A program made the translations under genes and the position numbers. Positions 58,451 through 64,000 of a stretch of DNA of 64,000 nucleotides are shown piece after piece. The stretch spans positions 32,700 to 96,699 of the forward strand of contig CANGZT010000001.1 of NCBI GenBank assembly GCA_947458955.1. The letters are read 5' to 3'. Source of the DNA: Flavobacteriia bacterium. Its GTDB lineage: Bacteria; Bacteroidota; Bacteroidia; Flavobacteriales_D; Crocinitomicaceae. Each line of letters opens with the position of its first letter. The first letter of the stretch is position 1. The notes under the pieces were generated by a model that searched no databases, was not told the origin of the DNA, and saw only the letters and a program-made list of their open reading frames with translations.

Positions 58451-59329
58451 GGAGCAAAGCCATTTGATGTTGTCATGATGTTCAAAATATTGATTTTACA
58501 ACGTTATTATGGTCTTGGAGACTCACAATTAGAGTATCAAATAATTGATAGAGCAAGTTTTAAAAAATTTCTTGGTTTGGAAAGCGGTTATAAAGTGCCA
58601 GATGAAAAAACAGTTTGGTCTTTTAGAGAACGAGTTACAAAAAGAAGGGTAGATTGAGAAAATATTCAAACAGTTCAATGCTTATCTTGAAGGTAAAGGT
58701 TTAATAATGAATAAAGGTAAAATGATTGATGCAAGTTTTACAATTGCCCCACGTCAACGTAATACCCATGATGAAAACAAAACAATAAAAGAAAATAAGG
58801 GGGTGAACTTTGGAATCATAAACCAAACAAAAAGAATCAAATAGATGTAGATGCTCGCTGGACGAAAAAAAATGGAGAAACCTTTTATGGACATAAAAAC
58901 CATACAAAAGTAGATGCAAAGTTCAAATTCATTGATAAATATAAGGTTACAGATGCTTCAGTACATAACTCTCAAGTATTAAATGATTTAATTGAAGAAA
59001 AAGACCAAGGACAAGATTTATATGCTGACAGTGCTTATCCTGGAGAAAAGCAAAAGAAAATCATATCATCATACAAAATGAATAATAAAATCCACGAAAA
59101 AGGATATAGGAACAAACCATTAACAGACCAACAAAAACAAAGTAATAACGAAAAGTCAAAAACCAGAGCTCGTGTTGAGCATGTGTTTGGATTTAATGAA
59201 CAAAGTATGAAAGGGTTGTTGGTGAGGTCTGTCGGTAAAGCAAGAGCAACAGGAATTATAGGACTTATAAATCTTACTTACAATATGTTAAGATATGAAC
59301 AAATCATAAGATTACCGCCTCAAAATTAA
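58451..59329 (+). pseudogene. decayed IS5-family DDE transposase
   Basis: Homology starts mid-protein (GAKPFDVVMMFKILILQRYYGL). A frame change and an in-frame TAG lie near 58635-58650, and a second frameshift sits at the G-run near 58797-58803. The DDE residues are still recognisable (MIDASF, LYADSAY, RARVEHVFG). Confidence 0.8.
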
Positions 59330-59516
59330 TAAACAACAATGAAAAATCATATATGTAATTATATGTTAGTTAGTTAGTCTTCAAAATTAAATTGAGAAAC
59401 AAAAGAAAAATAGTATATCTTTGGAATGATTTGAAAGTTTAGTTAAAGAGTTCTGCGAAATTTTCAAATTAAAAAAAAGAGAAAAAATGAATTTTCAGAA
59501 CTCACCTTAAAAACAA

Positions 59517-60101
59517 ATGATGAAACTAAATGAATATTTAAAAAATCATTTTCCTAATGATTTAGCAAGGTTAAAATTTCAAAAACCTAACTCTGTTATC
59601 CAAGATACCCTTGATTCTTTTAATATTGATCAACATACGATTTATTTTGGTGGTTTGAATTGGGAGAACTTAGACCAAGACATTGAACATATTGATAAAG
59701 AGTGTTACGAACATTTCTTTTTTTGTTTATTTACGATAACAATTATTGACTTAACTATATTTTCCCATTTTAAACATTATTACGATATTTTCAGAGGTAA
59801 AACAAGGTATCCTAAATTTGGGTGGAGTGGTTACGGTCCTCATTATGAAAACCCAAAAAAATTAATCGATATCCCTTTTCAAAAAGGACTAATTAGAATA
59901 GATGAAATTTACATAGATGAATATGTTCAATTATTTATTTCAGAAACTAATTCTTTTCTTGAATCAAATCTCAATCAAATTACAACTGTAGATTTTTTCA
60001 ATTCTCTACTAACAGACAGAGATTTTCAGTTAAATGAAAATGAAGAAAACACATATACACCACTCATAATAAAAAAATTAAAAGAAAAGTTCGAAAATTA
60101 G
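59517..60101 (+). CDS. hypothetical protein
   Basis: 194-aa ORF upstream of mcrB with no recognisable motif. Confidence 0.45.
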   Translation: MMKLNEYLKNHFPNDLARLKFQKPNSVIQDTLDSFNIDQHTIYFGGLNWENLDQDIEHIDKECYEHFFFCLFTITIIDLTIFSHFKHYYDIFRGKTRYPKFGWSGYGPHYENPKKLIDIPFQKGLIRIDEIYIDEYVQLFISETNSFLESNLNQITTVDFFNSLLTDRDFQLNENEENTYTPLIIKKLKEKFEN

Positions 60102-60240
60102 CCAAAAGTTCAAACAAACCCACATCGCAATACCAAGTGTAATTATGCATAGAGTCCTTACTTGGTAGATAAGAGTAAAGGAGTTTATTAACTAATGATT
60201 TAGCAATAAGGCTAAAAAAAACAATTATAATAAAAATAAT

Positions 60241-61614
60241 ATGCCAAACATTACACAATTTATACAAGTAGCTAATCAACAAACACCTGGCCAAAATACA
60301 ACACCGTCGGCTTTAGCATACAAAAGAGAAAATGAAATACCTTTTGAAAATCTAAATGTTAAAATTTCTTTTGGAATAGGTAGCGCAACCTATATTCCTT
60401 GGATAGCATATCTAGGCTATAATCAATCTGTACAAAGGGGGATTTACCCTGTTTTGCTTTTCTATAGAGAATTTAATTTATTAATCTTAGCCTTTGGTGT
60501 TTCTGAAAAATATGAGCCATTAATAAATTGGCAAGACCCAGAAAATTATTTAACAATAAGTAACTATTTTGAACAAAACCAACTTGGGAAACCAAGAAAA
60601 TATGGGAATTCTTTTATACACACCGTGTACGATACTAATCAACCAATTGATGAAACATTAATACAACAACAAATAATAGACTTAACAACATTTTATTATG
60701 CTTGTTTTAATCCTACACCTAATGATCAAGGAGAAATTGTTCCTGTTTATGACTTTGATACTGACCCAGACAAACCATTTATAACTCGAGAAGTCTTCAT
60801 TAAGACAACAAACCTATTAAAACGAAAAAGAAATATTATTCTTCAAGGTCCTCCAGGTGTTGGTAAAACATTTATAGCACGTAAAATTGCTTATCAGATT
60901 ATGGGACAATCTGCTGATGCATTTATAGAAATGATACAATTTCACCAATCATACAGCTATGAAGATTTTATTCAGGGATTAAGACCAACAGTTGATGGGT
61001 TCAAAATAATTCCAGGTGTATTCTTCAGATTTTGTCAAAAAGCGATTGCTCATCCAGACAAAAAGTTCTTCTTCATTATTGACGAGATAAATCGAGGCAA
61101 TTTAAGCAAAATATTTGGCGAACTTTTAATGTTAATTGAAGCAGACAAAAGAGGAGGAAAATACTCAATTAACCTTACCTATTCCGAATTTGATGATGAT
61201 AAATTTTTCGTCCCTGACAATCTCTTTATTATTGGAACAATGAATACTGCTGACAGGTCACTAGCAATCGTTGATTATGCCTTAAGAAGGCGCTTTGCTT
61301 TTGTGTCTCTACAGCCTGACTACGGTGATAATTTCAGAAACTTCCTTATAGGAAATCAACTTTCACAAATAATGGTAAACCATATCTGTTCTTCCGTTAC
61401 CGAAGTGAATAATATTATCAATGAGGATATTAATTTAGGAAGTGGGTTTCAAATCGGTCATAGTTATTTTTGTAATAGCCCAAATACGATTACTGAAGAA
61501 ATCTGGTGGCGAGAAATTCTAGAGTTTGAAATAAAACCATTACTATCAGAAATTTGGTTTGATGATGCAAATAAAGTATCGGATATGATGCAAATATTAG
61601 CCTATCCAGATTAA
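60241..61614 (+). CDS. mcrB: McrB-family AAA+ GTPase restriction subunit with MrcB_N/DUF3578-like N-terminal DNA-reader domain
   Basis: Walker A LQGPPGVGKTF, FFIIDEINRGNLSKIFGELLMLIE and GTMNTADRS...ALRRRF. The N-terminus ISFGIGSATYIPWIAYL...GIYPVLLFY resembles the MrcB N-terminal domain. Confidence 0.85.
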   Translation: MPNITQFIQVANQQTPGQNTTPSALAYKRENEIPFENLNVKISFGIGSATYIPWIAYLGYNQSVQRGIYPVLLFYREFNLLILAFGVSEKYEPLINWQDPENYLTISNYFEQNQLGKPRKYGNSFIHTVYDTNQPIDETLIQQQIIDLTTFYYACFNPTPNDQGEIVPVYDFDTDPDKPFITREVFIKTTNLLKRKRNIILQGPPGVGKTFIARKIAYQIMGQSADAFIEMIQFHQSYSYEDFIQGLRPTVDGFKIIPGVFFRFCQKAIAHPDKKFFFIIDEINRGNLSKIFGELLMLIEADKRGGKYSINLTYSEFDDDKFFVPDNLFIIGTMNTADRSLAIVDYALRRRFAFVSLQPDYGDNFRNFLIGNQLSQIMVNHICSSVTEVNNIINEDINLGSGFQIGHSYFCNSPNTITEEIWWREILEFEIKPLLSEIWFDDANKVSDMMQILAYPD

Positions 61615-61616
61615 CG

Positions 61617-62663
61617 ATGAGAATTCCCATTCTAAATATCTATCACTTATTATGCTATGCATGGAAAACACTTGATGAAAAGGAACGAATTAGGGTTGAA
61701 ATTGATGATACTACGGAATTAGTTGACCTTTTTGCAAAGGTTTTAATAAGAGCAACAAAAGTACTTATTAAAAGAGGAATTGATAAAAGTTACATTGAAC
61801 ATAATGAAGAAATTGCAGGAGTAAAAGGAAAACTATTAATAAGTGAAACTGTAAAGAGTAATATTTTATTTAAACAGCGAACTATATGCAATTTTGATGA
61901 TTTTTCACCCAATATTTTAAGCAATCAGATACTATTAACAACTATTTATAACTTAATTAGAACACAAGGAATTGATAAAGAATTAAAAGATGAATTAGAT
62001 TCACTTCATAAAATGTTTATAGGGATTGATCTAATTGAAATTAAGAGTTCCCTATTTAAGCAAATTCGAATTAATAGAAACAATCGGTTCTATGGTTTTG
62101 TGATGAATGTTTGCCAATTAGTATTTGAAAGTACATTACCATCCGAGGAAAAGGGAAAATATTTGTTCTCAGATTTTACTAGAGATGAAAAGAAAATGCC
62201 TATACTTTTCGAAACATTTGTCAGAAATTTCTATAAAATTGAGCAACATATATTCTCAAGCGTCAAAAGAGATAATATTAAGTGGTATTTCGAAATTTCG
62301 GACACATTAAGTGACCAATACTTACCAAAAATGCAAACAGATATTACTTTAGAAAATTCAAATAATAAAATAATAATAGACACAAAATATTCTCAAAAAA
62401 CAATGACTATCAACTACAATATGGAAAAAATAAAATCAAGTCATTTGTATCAAATGTTCAGCTACTTATTAAATCAAGAAAATGAAACTGAAAAGACAAG
62501 AACAACTACAGGAATTTTACTTTATCCAACAATAGAACAAGACTATGATTTGAACTTTAGGTATAATGAACATGACATTAAAATCAAAACAATTAATTTG
62601 AATACTGAATGGCAAAATATACATAATAGACTATTGTCAATTATAGGTATCAATCAAACTTAA
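61617..62663 (+). CDS. mcrC: McrC-family restriction endonuclease subunit
   Basis: Starts 3 nt after mcrB. Its C-terminal PD-(D/E)xK-like core is MQTDITLE...IIIDTKYSQK. Confidence 0.8.
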   Translation: MRIPILNIYHLLCYAWKTLDEKERIRVEIDDTTELVDLFAKVLIRATKVLIKRGIDKSYIEHNEEIAGVKGKLLISETVKSNILFKQRTICNFDDFSPNILSNQILLTTIYNLIRTQGIDKELKDELDSLHKMFIGIDLIEIKSSLFKQIRINRNNRFYGFVMNVCQLVFESTLPSEEKGKYLFSDFTRDEKKMPILFETFVRNFYKIEQHIFSSVKRDNIKWYFEISDTLSDQYLPKMQTDITLENSNNKIIIDTKYSQKTMTINYNMEKIKSSHLYQMFSYLLNQENETEKTRTTTGILLYPTIEQDYDLNFRYNEHDIKIKTINLNTEWQNIHNRLLSIIGINQT

Positions 62664-62740
62664 ACACTCTAAATAACAATTATATAATAATATAATTAAC
62701 AACTTTTTTAGTATATTTAATAAGTTTAAAAAAGTACCCT

Positions 62741-63625
62741 ATGTTCTTAAAATACAAACATCCCAAAATTGATGATCATTCTTTATATTATTTAAAGACT
62801 GATAATTATCAAACAACGCCTGTAGACTTAACTTCTTTTATTCTTGATAGAATTGATAAAAACAAAGATATTAGTGAGTTTATAAAGAATTTTGAAACAT
62901 TAGGTATAGAGAATGATATACCAAGTTATTTTCAAAATTACATGAGTATTGCAGATGTTGAGTTAACCTCAAGAGTTTTAGCGCCAATTGCCAATCAGAT
63001 TGAAACTTATATTAAAGGTTGTAAGAATTTTGATTTAGAAAGTTTTAATAATGCATTAATCGCATCTATTAATGAACTAAAAGAAGATGAAATAGTTGAA
63101 GCTTTATTTGCAAACCGATTAATTTGGAACTATTTAAATGATAAAAATAAGTTAGAAAGTAAATTAAAGTCTTTCAAATATATAGATTCAATTAATCCTA
63201 AGGAGATAGATAAATTAAAATCTATTGCAATTCACTTTTTTTTGAAAACGAGTGATTTTAATCTGCAAGAGTTGAATTCTTTCAAGTTAAATACAAAACC
63301 TAATGTAGTATTTTATCATAACGATGATAATAAAATTTATCTTGAAATTGATCATGAATCAAAAACCGTTTGGTTTGATAAAGAAACATCAGATTGGATA
63401 AATAGAACAAATACGGTCACATTTGATGGATCATGTGACTTTGATACCCTTATACATTTATACTTTTTATTATCTGAGACAGTTTTAAGTGGTAGTAATA
63501 AAGAATATAATATGAAAGTAAGGTCTTTCAAACCAATTTGGTTTAGAGCAATGGGTTACACTGTAAAACCATCTGGCGAATATGCAAAAACCTATTGGAA
63601 AATAATTGAACAACAAATCAATTAA
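62741..63625 (+). CDS. hypothetical protein
   Basis: 294-aa ORF lying 77 nt after mcrC with no recognisable motif. Confidence 0.5.
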   Translation: MFLKYKHPKIDDHSLYYLKTDNYQTTPVDLTSFILDRIDKNKDISEFIKNFETLGIENDIPSYFQNYMSIADVELTSRVLAPIANQIETYIKGCKNFDLESFNNALIASINELKEDEIVEALFANRLIWNYLNDKNKLESKLKSFKYIDSINPKEIDKLKSIAIHFFLKTSDFNLQELNSFKLNTKPNVVFYHNDDNKIYLEIDHESKTVWFDKETSDWINRTNTVTFDGSCDFDTLIHLYFLLSETVLSGSNKEYNMKVRSFKPIWFRAMGYTVKPSGEYAKTYWKIIEQQIN

Positions 63626-63628
63626 ATT

Positions 63629-64000
63629 ATGAAAGAAGTTGTAATTGGACTACAAGTTTGGTCAAATAAAGATTTAGATACTGAATGTTTCGCTAATGGA
63701 GATCAAATACCTCAAGTTTTTTCTTCTCAAGAATGGATTGAAGCAAATGATAAAAAACAACCTGCTTGGTGCTATTATGAATTTAATGAAGATAACGGGA
63801 AGTTATACAATTCATATGCAATAAATGATGAGCGTGGACTACCACCTAAGGGTTGGAGGATACCAACCGTATCGGACTTAGAACAATTACTTAAGACGAT
63901 TAATAATGGTAGTTCGAATGAATACGTAATCTTATCTGAAAATAAAAGTTATTGGGATTTTGGATATGATTATAGTGGCCCAGATTTTTGGGGTTGGGAT
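63629..64000 (+). CDS. FISUMP (Fibrobacter succinogenes major paralogous) domain protein, partial
   Basis: IGLQVWSNKDLDTECFANGDQI...PAWCYYEFNEDNGKLYNSYAINDERGLPPKGWRIPTVSDLEQL matches the remembered TIGR02145 pattern. It runs off the window end. Confidence 0.6.
   Translation, partial: MKEVVIGLQVWSNKDLDTECFANGDQIPQVFSSQEWIEANDKKQPAWCYYEFNEDNGKLYNSYAINDERGLPPKGWRIPTVSDLEQLLKTINNGSSNEYVILSENKSYWDFGYDYSGPDFWGWD

Noticed and set aside
58475-59329. Track ORFs 58475-58657 and 59078-59329, considered as independent small genes.
   Set aside because: Both are fragments of a single frameshifted IS5-family transposase and are annotated together as a pseudogene.
58255-59516. Possible terminal inverted repeats of the IS remnant (GTGAGTTGTAAC at ~58261 against the reverse complement of GAATTTTCAGAACTCACC at 59498-59515). 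There is also a local hairpin, GAGTTCTG...CAGAACTC, at 59450-59512.
   Set aside because: Only a 7-nt core (GTGAGTT) matches between the putative ends. That is too weak to define IS boundaries without a reference copy.
60064-60294. 76-aa minus-strand ORF overlapping the mcrB start and the end of the upstream gene.
   Set aside because: It overlaps two better-supported plus-strand genes and has a hydrophobic, low-complexity sequence with no motif.
1-64000. Looked for CRISPR arrays, rRNA genes, reverse transcriptases or retrons, and phage structural modules.
   Set aside because: There are no regularly spaced short direct repeats outside coding regions and no rRNA-like conserved stretches. There are no RT motifs and no capsid, portal or terminase-like ORFs. 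The island looks like a non-phage integrative element.

Overview
This is an AT-rich Bacteroidota chromosome segment that looks Flavobacteriia-like. Supporting signs are T9SS type A and type B C-terminal sorting domains, a BatA-domain protein, TAnnTTTG-type promoter boxes and lipoprotein/OMP signal peptides. Positions 1-47,000 are an ordinary, densely packed core block. It holds mnmA, valS, sucD, a Dcp-like M3 peptidase, ilvE, an aminotransferase, a small GT2/FkbM/flippase glycan cluster, mpl, uvrA, two FKBP PPIases, an ABC-F ATPase and clpS. It also holds two large T9SS-secreted proteins, a 1428-aa adhesin and a 1079-aa S8 protease. At the 3' end of tRNA-Arg(ACG) (46978-47054) the gene content changes abruptly. 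A large serine recombinase ORF reads through the tRNA terminator into the tRNA itself. After it come about 17 kb of visibly AT-richer accessory DNA that runs off the window. This island contains many orphan ORFs, an orphan HsdS-like fragment, a decayed IS5-family transposase and a McrBC restriction system. It also contains the best candidate for something new: a 1750-aa NACHT-type STAND NTPase with no fused effector domain, followed on the same strand by a 263-aa orphan gene (52073-58213). No CRISPR array, rRNA gene or prophage structural module was seen. All functional calls rest on motif recognition by eye, because no database searches could be run.
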